From contig CAZEVP010000003.1 in the NCBI GenBank assembly GCA_964515735.1, positions 18,731-82,730 of the forward strand: 64,000 bases of DNA. Direction: 5' to 3'. Shown here in pieces: positions 51,013 through 60,524 of the stretch; position 1 is the first letter of the stretch; every line of letters begins with the position of its first letter. A program made the position numbers and the translations under genes. This stretch comes from an uncultured Verrucomicrobiaceae bacterium. Its GTDB lineage: Bacteria > Pseudomonadota > Gammaproteobacteria > Pseudomonadales > CAMLJR01. The notes under the pieces are model-generated. The model saw only the letters and a program-made list of their open reading frames with translations. It searched no databases and was not told where the DNA came from.

Positions 51013-53244
51013 TCAGACAGCCGTCAGCTGCAGCAGCGCGGCCGAGAAGCGGCCGCTCTCCGGCACCCAGCACAGCAGCCGCTGGCCGCGCTCGATGCGG
51101 CCGCTGCGGCGCAGTTCGTCGAGGATGATGTAGATCGATGCGGCGCCGGTGTTGCCGCGCTCGGTCAGATTGGTGAACCAGCGCGATTGCGGAATCTCGA
51201 ATTCCGCATTGCGCAGGCCGTCGAGCACGCGGTCGCGGAAGTAGTTCGACGAGTAGTGCGGCAGGAACCAGTCGATGTCGCTGGCCCGCAGGCCGCGCTT
51301 CTGTTGCAGCACGCGCAGCGGTTTCTCGACCGTGTAATGCACGATGTGATCGTTCAGCAGCTTCACGTCCTGCTTGACCGCCAGCACCGACACCGCGTTG
51401 CGCTGTTCGGGGTCGAGCATGGCCCAGCCGGTCAGCGTGCCGTCGTCGTTCTTGACGGCGCCGGCGTACATGCAGGCTTCCATCTCGCCGGCATACGAGA
51501 AGATGTCGATCCAGTCGATGCGCAGGTTGAGCTGGCCCGGCTTCGGCTCGGGCCGCAGCAACGCGGCGCCGGCGCCGTCGGAGAGCATCCAGCGCAGGAA
51601 ATCCTTCTCGAATGCCAGCTCGGGTCGTTTCTCCAGGACATCGGCGTCGGCTTCGAACGCCGCCACCGCTTCGCCCTGATAGTTGCGTGCGCACAACATC
51701 GACGACGACAGCTCGGAGCCGGTGGCGATGGCACTGTCGTGCTGGCCCGAGGCCACCGCCATCCAGCCGTACTTCAGCGCGCTGACACCGCTGACGCAGA
51801 CGCCGCCGGTGGCGACCGTCTCCAGCACCGGCAGCTTCAGTTCGCCCTGCACCATCACCGCATGGTTCGGCATCAGCTGGTCCGGAATCGACGTGCCGCA
51901 GCCGAGGCAGCCGAGCTGGCTCAGGTCGAAATCGGCATCGCTGGCGAGCCTGCGCACCGCCGCCGCCGTCAGCGAGGCGTTGCTGTGGGTGGCGGCGCCG
52001 GTGCGCGGATCGATCGCGTAGTGACGGCTGCGGATGCCGTTGCTGCGCAGGATGGTGCGGCGCGCGCGCGACGGCCGCTCGCCGACCTGGCCGAGCACCT
52101 GCTCCATGCGGTCGTTGTCGACCGGCTCGTTCGGCAGGAAGGCGGCGGTGTCGGTGATGTAGACGCTACGGCTCATGCGGGGCGGTCTGCTCTGGCGATG
52201 TCTGTGAAAACGGTCGATGAAAATAGTCGGTAAAAGAGCGCAACGACGGCTCAGGCCGCGCCGGCCGCATCGGGCCGCATCGGGCCGCTGCAGCGGCAGC
52301 GGCTCGGGCGCGCGCTCCTCGCCGGACGGCGCCGCGAAATAGGCGCGCTGACGCGCGATGCGCGCGCGCGTCAGCGGTGCCAGCAGCCGCTTGATGACGG
52401 CGCTGAGCGGCACCACGGTCAGGATCAGCGTCACCAGGAACACGACGTAGAACACCAGCACCGCGCGCCGCAGCGGCGTGCCCGGCTTGCCGAGCGCGCG
52501 CAGCAGGCCGCCCCAGATGCGGAAGCTGCGGCGCGCGATCGTCTCCGAGGCGATCAACCGCTCGTTGATCGTCACCGCGCCGAGGCCGCGCAGCATCGGC
52601 GAGTCGTCGGCGGCATCGCGCTGCGGCAGCTGCGCGGCGATGGCGCGACCGAAACGGGCGGCATCGTCGATGTCGGCGCGGGTCACGCCGGCCTCCGGAA
52701 TCAGCCCGCCGAGCAGCGCGTTGCTCTTGCCGGTCAGCATCCAGCGCGGCGTCGAGATGAAGGTGAAGGCGCTGTGGCAGCTGTCGGTCAGCACGACGTT
52801 GTCGACCAGCCGCGCGCCGAGGCGTTGCAGGTGCTCCTTGACGATCTCCTGCGCCATCAGCCACATGTTGCGGCAGCCGATCAGCGTGATCACCGGCTTG
52901 CCGCGCAGCAGCCTCAAAGCCTGTTCGCTCTGCAGGAACGCCGTGGTCGGCAGCGATGGCGACAGGAACCAGACCTGGTAGGCGAGGATGACCAGATCGA
53001 ATTCAGCGTCGTCGGCGATGTCGAGCGGTTCGATCGGCGCGCTCTCGGTGTCGCCGTAAACCGTCTCCGGGAAGGTGTCGAAGAAGCGCCAGAACGGCCA
53101 CGGAAACGGGAACGGCCGGCGCGGGCGGACTACCGCCGTCGTCAGCGCGATGTCCGGGCTGGCCGCCAGCGGCGCGCAGACCGACCGCACGATCTCGCCG
53201 AGCTGGCCCGATTGCGAAAAATGGATGACGAGAACTCGTTTCAT
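51013..53244 (-). CDS. darAB: DarA-DarB fused reading frame (flavodoxin-like DarA module + KAS III-like dialkylresorcinol condensing enzyme DarB)
   Basis: DarA part is MKRVLVIHFSQSGQLGEIV… DarB part starts at internal ATG 52176 (MSRSVYITDTAAFLPNEPV) with Cys-His-Asn contexts GGVCVSG, LPHYSS, RGNTGAAS. There is no stop between them in this sequence. Confidence 0.75.
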   Translation of the reverse strand: MKRVLVIHFSQSGQLGEIVRSVCAPLAASPDIALTTAVVRPRRPFPFPWPFWRFFDTFPETVYGDTESAPIEPLDIADDAEFDLVILAYQVWFLSPSLPTTAFLQSEQALRLLRGKPVITLIGCRNMWLMAQEIVKEHLQRLGARLVDNVVLTDSCHSAFTFISTPRWMLTGKSNALLGGLIPEAGVTRADIDDAARFGRAIAAQLPQRDAADDSPMLRGLGAVTINERLIASETIARRSFRIWGGLLRALGKPGTPLRRAVLVFYVVFLVTLILTVVPLSAVIKRLLAPLTRARIARQRAYFAAPSGEERAPEPLPLQRPDAARCGRRGLSRRCALLPTIFIDRFHRHRQSRPPRMSRSVYITDTAAFLPNEPVDNDRMEQVLGQVGERPSRARRTILRSNGIRSRHYAIDPRTGAATHSNASLTAAAVRRLASDADFDLSQLGCLGCGTSIPDQLMPNHAVMVQGELKLPVLETVATGGVCVSGVSALKYGWMAVASGQHDSAIATGSELSSSMLCARNYQGEAVAAFEADADVLEKRPELAFEKDFLRWMLSDGAGAALLRPEPKPGQLNLRIDWIDIFSYAGEMEACMYAGAVKNDDGTLTGWAMLDPEQRNAVSVLAVKQDVKLLNDHIVHYTVEKPLRVLQQKRGLRASDIDWFLPHYSSNYFRDRVLDGLRNAEFEIPQSRWFTNLTERGNTGAASIYIILDELRRSGRIERGQRLLCWVPESGRFSAALLQLTAV
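52263..52288. repeat. 10-bp unit GGCCGCATCG in 2.6 tandem copies at the darA/darB junction
   Basis: 52263-52272 and 52273-52282 are identical, followed by the partial copy GGCCGC. Deleting one unit restores an in-frame TGA (TCA at 52251-52253) for darA. Confidence 0.9.
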
Positions 53245-53326
53245 CAACGAGCGCTTCCCTCTCAACTGGATGGACGCCCTGTTATCTCCCGCCGGCGGCG
53301 CAGGCCGCCGCACCGCGGGGGCCGGA

Positions 53327-53623
53327 TTATGACACGCCCGTGACCAGCGTCAGCTGCCCCTCGGCCAGCGGCTCGGCACCGACGCGGCAGACGAAACGCA
53401 AACCGCCATTGCGCGGCTCCGCCCAATGCACCTCGAACGGCTCGCCGCCGCGCAGTGGCCGCAGGAACTTCAGCTTGCGCACGCCGGTGGCTCGCAGCTG
53501 TGGCCGCTCGACGGCGAGCCGCAACAGCAGGCGGTCGAGAATGACCACAGCCGGCACCAGCGGCTGCCCCGGGAAATGGCCCGGCAGCGCGGGGTGGTCG
53601 GCTTCGATCTGCAGTGTCGGCAT
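53327..53623 (-). CDS. Small hot-dog-fold (FabA/FabZ-like) dehydratase
   Basis: HPALPGHFPGQPLVPAVVILD, a FabZ-like HxxxGHFPxxPxxPG motif. 98 aa. First gene of the minus-strand operon. Confidence 0.7.
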   Translation of the reverse strand: MPTLQIEADHPALPGHFPGQPLVPAVVILDRLLLRLAVERPQLRATGVRKLKFLRPLRGGEPFEVHWAEPRNGGLRFVCRVGAEPLAEGQLTLVTGVS

Positions 53624-53700
53624 CGGCGGCTCCTCGGCGGGCGGCCATTATAAGGAAGCGCGGCGCTGCTAGAATCCGCCACCTCGCCACCGGAGCCGCC
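53624..53700. promoter_or_regulatory. Divergent promoter region of the pigment cluster
   Basis: 77-bp spacer between divergent dehydratase genes. TGCTAGAAT extended -10-like element at 53667-53675 (+) with TTATAA about 16 bp upstream. Confidence 0.3.
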
Positions 53701-54135
53701 ATGACCACGCTCGACCGCCAACAGATCGCCGCCCGCATCCCGCACGCCGGCCGCATGTGCCTGCTGGAACGGGTCGAGCACTGGAGCGAGTGCGACATCG
53801 GCTGCATCGCCACCGGCCACCGCGATCCGGACAACCCGCTGCGCAGCGGCGACCGACTGCCGGTCACCGCCGGCATCGAGTACGCGGCGCAGGCGATGGC
53901 GGTGCACGGCAGCCTGGTGGAGCCGGTCGACGGCCCGCCACGACGCGGTTACCTCGCCGTACTGAGCCGGGTCGAGTGGACCGTCGAGCAGCTCGATGAC
54001 ATCGGAGGCCCGCTACGGGTGGAAGCGGTGCGCGAGACCGTCATCGACGGCGGCCGCAGCTACCGCTTCGCGGTGCACGGTGACGGGCGGCTGCTGCTCA
54101 GCGGTGCCGCGGTGATCGCTCTCGAACCGGCGTGA
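53701..54135 (+). CDS. Hot-dog-fold dehydratase-like protein
   Basis: IPHAGRMCLLERV…TAGIEYAAQAMAVHG pattern of APE-cluster dehydratase/thioesterase-fold proteins. Start at ATG 53701. Confidence 0.65.
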   Translation: MTTLDRQQIAARIPHAGRMCLLERVEHWSECDIGCIATGHRDPDNPLRSGDRLPVTAGIEYAAQAMAVHGSLVEPVDGPPRRGYLAVLSRVEWTVEQLDDIGGPLRVEAVRETVIDGGRSYRFAVHGDGRLLLSGAAVIALEPA

Positions 54136-54333
54136 CCGTCGCGCCGGTGACCGGGGTACACGGCGAGGTGTGGTATTCTTCGCGCCGTTTTCAGGGGTTC
54201 GAAGGCAGCGCCCACACCGCCGTCCGCGCCAGATCGCGGCGGTGCCACGCATAACGATCAGCGGGCGCTCCGCCATGGGGCGTCGGTCGCGACAGCGCGG
54301 CCGACAGGACAGTGACGTTTTCCACTTTTCAGA

Positions 54334-55059
54334 ATGCACGCAGTGCTCTCTCTTTCTCTGCTCCGCTGGTCCGCCTGGACGCCGGGAGTGGCCAGTGCCG
54401 ACGAATGGCGCGTCTGGCTGCGCGACCCGGCCACAGCCAGTGCCGATGCCGCCGCGCCGAAGGTCGACTTCGTGCCGCCGCTGCTGCGCCGGCGGCTGTC
54501 GACGCTGAGCCGCGCCGCGCTGGCGGTGGCCGCCGACTGCCTCGGCGACGAGCGCAGCGACTGCCGCACGATCTTCGCCTCGCCGCACGGTGAGGTGGCC
54601 CGCACCGTCGAACTGCTGCAACAGCTGGCGGCCGCCGAGCCGCTGTCGCCGAACGCCTTCAGCCTCTCCGTGCACAACACCGCCTCCGGCCTGTTCGCGA
54701 TGGCGACCGGCAACCGCTCCGCCTCGACCGCGCTGGCCGCGGGCCGCGACACGCTGCCGCTGGCCTTCGTCGAGGCCGCCGGCCGGCTGGCGCGCGACCC
54801 GCAGCCGCTGCTGCTGGTGTTCGCCGACGAGCCGCTGCCCGATTTCTACCGGCACTGGCAGCCGCAACCGGCGCGGGCCTTCGCGCTGGCGCTGCTGCTG
54901 GCCCCGGCGCCGGGTGCGGCGGTACTGACGCTGAGCCGCGCCGACACCGCTGCCGCTACCCCGGCCGACCCGCTGGCGCTGCTGCCGCTGCTGCTCGACG
55001 ATGCCGACCAGGCCCGCTGCGGCGGCGAGCGCGGCGGCTGGCGCTGGCAGCGGTCATGA
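54334..55059 (+). CDS. Beta-ketoacyl synthase N-terminal-like protein (Ketoacyl-synt_2 type)
   Basis: LRWSAWTPGV…FVPPLLRRRLSTLSRAAL…LSPNAFSLSVHNTASG is typical of the KS-like protein that opens APE-type operons. No catalytic Cys context. Confidence 0.7.
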   Translation: MHAVLSLSLLRWSAWTPGVASADEWRVWLRDPATASADAAAPKVDFVPPLLRRRLSTLSRAALAVAADCLGDERSDCRTIFASPHGEVARTVELLQQLAAAEPLSPNAFSLSVHNTASGLFAMATGNRSASTALAAGRDTLPLAFVEAAGRLARDPQPLLLVFADEPLPDFYRHWQPQPARAFALALLLAPAPGAAVLTLSRADTAAATPADPLALLPLLLDDADQARCGGERGGWRWQRS

Positions 55060-55979
55060 GCGGGAAGCCGGACATGGCGCTGGAGACGCCGCGCGCGAGC
55101 CGCCCCCGGGGCGTGGCCGCGCTCGGCTACTGGGCCAACTACGGCTGGCGCGTGGTCGCCACCGGCTACAATTTCGCGTTCTTTTTCATCGGCGGGCTGG
55201 TGCTGGCGCTGACGGCGCTGCCGCTGGCGCGGCTGCTGCCGGGCACGGCGGCGCGCAAGAACGAGCGCGCCCGCGCAGTCGTGCACCGCATCTTCCGCTA
55301 CTTTGTCTGGCAGATGCAGGTCACCGGCTGCATCCGCGTCGAGGTGCGCGACCGCGCGCGGCTCGACGCCTGCGACGGCCTGCTGGTGGTGGCGAACCAC
55401 CCGACGCTGATCGACGTCGTGCTGCTGATCGCGCTGTTGCCGCGCGCCAGCTGCGTGGTCAAGGCCGAGCTGTTCCGCAGCGCGACGCTGCGCGGCGTGG
55501 TCCGCGCCACCGGCTACATCAGCAATTCGGACCCCGAGTCGCTGCTGCGGCAGTGCCGCGACAGCTTCGCAGCCGGCCAGTCGATCATCGTGTTCCCGGA
55601 GGGGACGCGCAGCCGCACCGGCGAACCGTTGCAGTTCCAGCGCGGCGCGGCGCAGATCGCGGTGCGCTGCAACGCCGACGTCGCGCCGGTGCTGATCACC
55701 TGCGAGCCGCCGATGCTGCGCAAGGGCGAGCCGTGGTACCGGGTCCCGCCGCGCCGCGGCGAGATCGTCGTGCAGCCGCTGCCGCGCTGGCCGCTGGCCG
55801 AGCTGATCGACACCGGCGCGCCGCCGCCGCTGGCGACGCGCCAGCTCAACCGCGCGCTCGAGGCACGCTTTCGCGCGCTGCTCGGGCAGCAACCCGCAAC
55901 CAATGCGTCCACGCCGGCCGGCGCGGGCGCGACCACCGGCCCCGACGGGGCCACACAACGAGTGTGCAGCAATGTCTGA
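55056..55979 (+). CDS. Lysophospholipid (PlsC-type) acyltransferase
   Basis: ATGA overlap. N-terminal TM. HX4D box VVANHPTLIDV and FPEGTRS box. Confidence 0.85.
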   Translation: MSGKPDMALETPRASRPRGVAALGYWANYGWRVVATGYNFAFFFIGGLVLALTALPLARLLPGTAARKNERARAVVHRIFRYFVWQMQVTGCIRVEVRDRARLDACDGLLVVANHPTLIDVVLLIALLPRASCVVKAELFRSATLRGVVRATGYISNSDPESLLRQCRDSFAAGQSIIVFPEGTRSRTGEPLQFQRGAAQIAVRCNADVAPVLITCEPPMLRKGEPWYRVPPRRGEIVVQPLPRWPLAELIDTGAPPPLATRQLNRALEARFRALLGQQPATNASTPAGAGATTGPDGATQRVCSNV

Positions 55980-56232
55980 CCTGGCAACGGAACTGAAACA
56001 ACTGATCATCGACTGCCTCGATCTCGAGGAAATCGGCGTCGACGACATCGACAGCGACGCACCGCTGTTCGTCGACGGCCTCGGCCTCGACTCGATCGAC
56101 GCGCTGGAGCTCGGGCTGCACATCCAGAAGCGCTACAACATCAAGCTCGACGCCAACTCGGCCGAGACCAAACAGCACTTCGCGTCGGTCAACGCGCTGA
56201 AGGCGCTGATCGAATCGCACCAGCCGGCCTGA
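55972..56232 (+). CDS. Acyl carrier protein 2
   Basis: VDGLGLDSIDALEL phosphopantetheine site. 8-bp overlap with the acyltransferase gene. Confidence 0.85.
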   Translation: MSDLATELKQLIIDCLDLEEIGVDDIDSDAPLFVDGLGLDSIDALELGLHIQKRYNIKLDANSAETKQHFASVNALKALIESHQPA

Positions 56233-56252
56233 CAGTGACGGAAGAGAGCCCC

Positions 56253-56501
56253 ATGAACGACCGCGACACGATTTTCGCCGAGCTGCGCCGCATCCTGGCC
56301 GAATCCTTCGAGATCGAGCCCGACAGCATCACGCTGCAGTCCGGCCTCTACGACGACCTCAAGCTCGACTCCATCGACGCCATCGACCTGATCGTCAGCG
56401 TGCAGGAACTGATCGGCCGCAAGGTGCAGCCGGAGCAGTTCAAGAACGCGCGCACGGTCAGCGACGTGGTGGAGATCGTGCATCAGCTGATCCACGGCTG
56501 A
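56253..56501 (+). CDS. Acyl carrier protein 3
   Basis: DDLKLDSIDAIDLI site. ATG 56253 behind GAAGAGAG. The ORF-track GTG at 56235 is an alternative start. Confidence 0.85.
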   Translation: MNDRDTIFAELRRILAESFEIEPDSITLQSGLYDDLKLDSIDAIDLIVSVQELIGRKVQPEQFKNARTVSDVVEIVHQLIHG

Positions 56502-56509
56502 CACAGCCG

Positions 56510-57091
56510 ATGAGCCGACTCGGCCGCCTCGGCGCACCGCTGCTCGGCGCGCTGCTGCTGCTCTACCCCGCCGCGGTCTTCTACGGCCTGCAGCACGGTT
56601 CGGCGCGTCTGGTCGGGCTGCTGCTCGGCGCCGCCGTGGTCGCGCGCTGGTGGCTGCTGCGCGGCCGGCCGGTGGCCGGGCTGACGCCGGTGCTGCTGGC
56701 CGGGCTCGGCTGCGCGCTGGCGGCATCGATCGCCGACAGCGGCATCGCGCTGCGGCTGCTGCCGGTGCTGGTCTCGCTGATCATGCTGGCGACGTTCGGC
56801 TACACGCTGTGGCGGCCGCCGAGCATGGTCGAACGCTTCGCGCGCGCCATCGAGCGCGACGAACTGCCGCCGCAGGCGATCGCCTACACGCGCCGCGTCA
56901 CCCAGGTCTGGTGCCTGTTCTTCATCGTCAACGGGGCGATCGCGCTCTACACCGCGCTGTTCGCCCCGCTCGCGCTGTGGACGCTCTACAACGGCCTGAT
57001 CTCGTACCTGCTGATGGGGCTGCTGTTCGCCGGCGAGTGGCTGGTGCGCCGGCGCTTCCAGCGGCGGCTGCGCGGGGAGATCGCACCATGA
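56510..57091 (+). CDS. Integral membrane protein of APE-type clusters (COG4648-like)
   Basis: Five to six TM segments. Conserved-looking MVERFARAIERDELPPQAIAYTRRVTQVWCLFFIVNG. Confidence 0.65.
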   Translation: MSRLGRLGAPLLGALLLLYPAAVFYGLQHGSARLVGLLLGAAVVARWWLLRGRPVAGLTPVLLAGLGCALAASIADSGIALRLLPVLVSLIMLATFGYTLWRPPSMVERFARAIERDELPPQAIAYTRRVTQVWCLFFIVNGAIALYTALFAPLALWTLYNGLISYLLMGLLFAGEWLVRRRFQRRLRGEIAP

Positions 57092-58821
57092 CGGCGACGC
57101 TCGCCACGCTGCTGGCCAGCGCGCGTGCCGACGACCATCCGGTCGCGCTGCGCCCCCACCCGGCCCTGCCGGAAAAAGAGCCGCAGTCGCTGTACTGGCG
57201 CGACCTGCGCGCCGCCGTCGCCGCCACGATCGACGCCTTAAAAGAACAGCCCGGCGGCCGCTGGGCGCTGTACGACAGCGACACCTTCCGCTTCGCCGCC
57301 GGCCTGCTGGCACTGCTGCACAGCGGCCGCACACCGCTGCTGCCCGGCAACGCGCAGCCCGGCACGCTGCGCGAACTGGCGCCGCAGGTGCAGGGTTTTC
57401 TCGGCGAGCTGCACGGCGTCGATGCCATCGCCATCGGCGACGGCGGCGATGCGAATGACACCAGCGCCGCGCTGCCCGCGATCGCCGCCGACGCGACGAT
57501 CGAGCTGATGACCTCCGGCTCGACCGGCGACGCCAAACGCATCGTCAAGCGACTGGCGCAACTCGACACCGAGGTCGCCTGCCATCTGCACGCGTGGCGC
57601 GACCTCATCGACGAACGCACGCTGTTCGTCGCCAGCGTCAGCCACCAGCACATCTACGGCCTGCTGTTCCGGCTGCTGCTGCCGCTGCTGCGCGGCGCGC
57701 CGTTCACGACCCAAACCTTCGACTACAACGAATCGCTCTACGCCAGCGCCGCTGCCAGCGACAGGGCAGTCGTCGTCACCAGCCCGGCGCATCTGACGCG
57801 GCTGCCGCCGGCGCTCGACGGCGACGCGGTGCGGCCGCGACTGGCGCTGCTGCTGTCATCGGGCGGGCCGCTGCCGGCCGCCGCCGCGCGGCAGGCACTG
57901 GCGCTGTTCGGGCAGGTGCCGCTGGAGATCTTCGGTTCCACCGAAACCGGCGGCATCGCCTGTCGTCGCCAGAACGAAAACGACCGCTGGCAGCCACTGC
58001 CCGGCGTCGACATCGGGATCGACGACGACGGCCTGCTGCTGGTGCGCTCGGCGTGGGCCGACGGCGGCGAGCAACGCACCGCCGACCGCGCACGGCGCGA
58101 CGATGACGGTCGCTTCGCGCTGCTCGGCCGCGCCGACACCGTGGTCAAGATCGAAGAGAAGCGACTCAGCCTCGACGAGATGAACCGGCGCCTGCGCGAA
58201 CACCCGCTGGTGGTCGATGCGCGCGCCGTGCTGCTGCCGGAGCGGCGGCGGCTCGGCGCCGTCGTCGCGCTCACCGATGCCGGCCGCGCGCGGGCGCAGC
58301 GCGATCGCGCCGCCGTGATCGCCGACCTGCGCGACCATCTCGGCCAGTTCTTCGAACGCACGCTGCTGCCGCGCAAATGGCGACTGCCCGACGCGCTGCC
58401 GCAGGATGCGCAGGGCAAGGTGACGCTGCGCGCGCTGCAGGCACTGTTCGCCCCGTCACCCACGGAGCCGCCCGGCGAGCTGCTGAGCCGCGACGAGAAC
58501 AGCTGCGACATCGCCATCGACCTGCGCCGCTGCGCGCAGGTGTTCGACGGCCACTTCCCGGGGCTGCCGGTACTGCCCGGCGTCTACCAGCTCGACTGGG
58601 CGATACGCCACGCGCGCCGCCACCTGCTGCCGCCGTCGCTGCGCTTCGTCGCCGTCGACCAGCTGAAATTCTCCGAGGCGATCGCGCCCGACCTGCCGCT
58701 GACGCTGCGGCTGACCCGCAGCGGCGAGCGTGTCGAATTCGCCTACCGCTGCGGCGCGCTGCCGCTCTCCAGCGGCCGCATCCAGTTCGCGGCCGACGAC
58801 GACGGGGAGACGGCAGCGTGA
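57088..58821 (+). CDS. AMP-dependent (adenylate-forming) ligase fused to a C-terminal hot-dog domain
   Basis: ATGA overlap. MTSGSTGDAKRI (AMP-binding P-loop), GSTETGGIA. C-terminal FDGHFPGLPVLPGVYQLDW dehydratase-like module. Confidence 0.85.
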   Translation: MTATLATLLASARADDHPVALRPHPALPEKEPQSLYWRDLRAAVAATIDALKEQPGGRWALYDSDTFRFAAGLLALLHSGRTPLLPGNAQPGTLRELAPQVQGFLGELHGVDAIAIGDGGDANDTSAALPAIAADATIELMTSGSTGDAKRIVKRLAQLDTEVACHLHAWRDLIDERTLFVASVSHQHIYGLLFRLLLPLLRGAPFTTQTFDYNESLYASAAASDRAVVVTSPAHLTRLPPALDGDAVRPRLALLLSSGGPLPAAAARQALALFGQVPLEIFGSTETGGIACRRQNENDRWQPLPGVDIGIDDDGLLLVRSAWADGGEQRTADRARRDDDGRFALLGRADTVVKIEEKRLSLDEMNRRLREHPLVVDARAVLLPERRRLGAVVALTDAGRARAQRDRAAVIADLRDHLGQFFERTLLPRKWRLPDALPQDAQGKVTLRALQALFAPSPTEPPGELLSRDENSCDIAIDLRRCAQVFDGHFPGLPVLPGVYQLDWAIRHARRHLLPPSLRFVAVDQLKFSEAIAPDLPLTLRLTRSGERVEFAYRCGALPLSSGRIQFAADDDGETAA

Positions 58822-60524
58822 CGACCGCCTTCAACCCCTGCCTGCTGATCCCCTGCTACAACCACGGCCGCCAGATCGGCGCCACGGTTTCTGCGTTAGA
58901 GCCGCTGTGCCTGCCGTGCCTGCTGGTCGACGACGGCAGCGACGCCGACACCGCGCGCGAACTCGACCGGCTGGCCGCGCAACACGACTGGCTGACGCTG
59001 GCGCGGCTGCCGGCCAATCGCGGCAAGGGCGTGGCGGTGACGCACGGCATCGAGCTGGCGGCGGCGCGCGGCCACACACACGCGCTGCAGATCGACGCCG
59101 ACGGCCAGCACGACACCCTCGACGTGCCGGCGCTGCTGGCGCTGGCGCGCGACAACCCCGACGCGCTGGTCAGCGGCTGGCCGCAATACGGCGACGACAT
59201 GCCGGCCTCGCGCCGCTACGGCCGTCAGATCACCCACTTCTGGGTCTGGATCGAGACGCTGTCGTTGTCGATCCGCGATTCGATGTGCGGCTTTCGCGTC
59301 TACCCGGTGGCGGCGACGCGCGCGCTGCTGACACGGCGCGCACTCGGCGAGCGCATGGATTTCGACACCGAGGTGATGGTGCGGCTCTACTGGGATGGCG
59401 TGCCGGTGCTGTTCCACCCGACCCGCGTGCGCTACCCCGACGACGGCCAGTCGCACTTCCGGCTGTGGCGCGACAACCTGCGCATCAGCTGGATGCACAC
59501 GCGGCTGGTGTGCGAAATGCCGCTGCACCTGCCACGGCTTCTCGGCGCCAGAGCAGATTCTTCACGCACGGCAGACCGGGCGTGGGCGCAGCACGCGGAA
59601 CGCGGCGCGCAGTGGGGCCTGCGCGCCTGCCTGTACTGCTTCCGCCTGCTCGGCCGGCGCGGCCTCGGCCTGCTGCTCTACCCGGTGATCGCCTATTTCT
59701 TCGTCGCCAATCGCGACGCTCGCGCCGCTTCGCGCGACTACCAGCAGCGGTTGCACCGGCTCGGCGTGTTGCCGTTGCCGCCGGACAACCGCTCGATCTA
59801 CCGCCACTTCCTCGCCTTCGGCAGCGCGCTGGCCGACCGGCTGGCATCGTGGGCCGGCGCGGTGAACCGCGACCAGCTGACCTTCCACAATTACGAGGCG
59901 TTCCAGCGTCAGGTCGACAGCGGCCACGGCGCCATCATCTTCTCCGGCCATATCGGCAACATCGAGCTGACGCGCTCGCTGCTGCGGCAGAGCCCGAATG
60001 CGCATGTGAAGGTCAACGTGCTGGTGTTCACGCGCCACGCCGAGCGCTTCAACCAGCTGATGCGCGACGTCAACCCGGATGCCGGCATGGAGTTGATCCA
60101 GGTCGACGAACTGAACCCGGCATCGGCGCTGGTGCTGCAGCAAAAAATCGAAGCCGGCGAATGGCTGGTGGTCGCCATCGACCGCCCCTCGCCGAATGCA
60201 CCCGAGCGTGTCGTCGCCGTGCCGTTTCTCGGCGATCCGGCGCCGTTCCCGCAGGGAGCCTTCATCCTGGCGGCACTGCTGCGCTGCCCGGTGCTGCTGC
60301 TGTTCTGCCTGCGTGAAGCCGACGGTTATCACGTGTATGTCGAAGCCTTCGCCGACCGCATCGAGCTGCCACGCAAACAGCGCGAAGTCGCACTCGCCGC
60401 CTACGCGCAGCGATTCGCCGGCTCGCTGGAACAAATGGTGCGGCGCGCACCACTGCAGTGGTTCAACTTTTTCGACTTCTGGCGCCTGCCAGCCACCGAC
60501 TCATCGACCAAGAAATCGCAATGA
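58818..60524 (+). CDS. GT2 glycosyltransferase fused to LpxL/HtrB-like acyltransferase domain
   Basis: GTGA overlap. PCYNHG…LLVDDGSDADT…QIDADGQH (GT-A DxD). Central TM region. C-terminal lipid-A-acyltransferase-like half. Confidence 0.8.
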   Translation: MTTAFNPCLLIPCYNHGRQIGATVSALEPLCLPCLLVDDGSDADTARELDRLAAQHDWLTLARLPANRGKGVAVTHGIELAAARGHTHALQIDADGQHDTLDVPALLALARDNPDALVSGWPQYGDDMPASRRYGRQITHFWVWIETLSLSIRDSMCGFRVYPVAATRALLTRRALGERMDFDTEVMVRLYWDGVPVLFHPTRVRYPDDGQSHFRLWRDNLRISWMHTRLVCEMPLHLPRLLGARADSSRTADRAWAQHAERGAQWGLRACLYCFRLLGRRGLGLLLYPVIAYFFVANRDARAASRDYQQRLHRLGVLPLPPDNRSIYRHFLAFGSALADRLASWAGAVNRDQLTFHNYEAFQRQVDSGHGAIIFSGHIGNIELTRSLLRQSPNAHVKVNVLVFTRHAERFNQLMRDVNPDAGMELIQVDELNPASALVLQQKIEAGEWLVVAIDRPSPNAPERVVAVPFLGDPAPFPQGAFILAALLRCPVLLLFCLREADGYHVYVEAFADRIELPRKQREVALAAYAQRFAGSLEQMVRRAPLQWFNFFDFWRLPATDSSTKKSQ

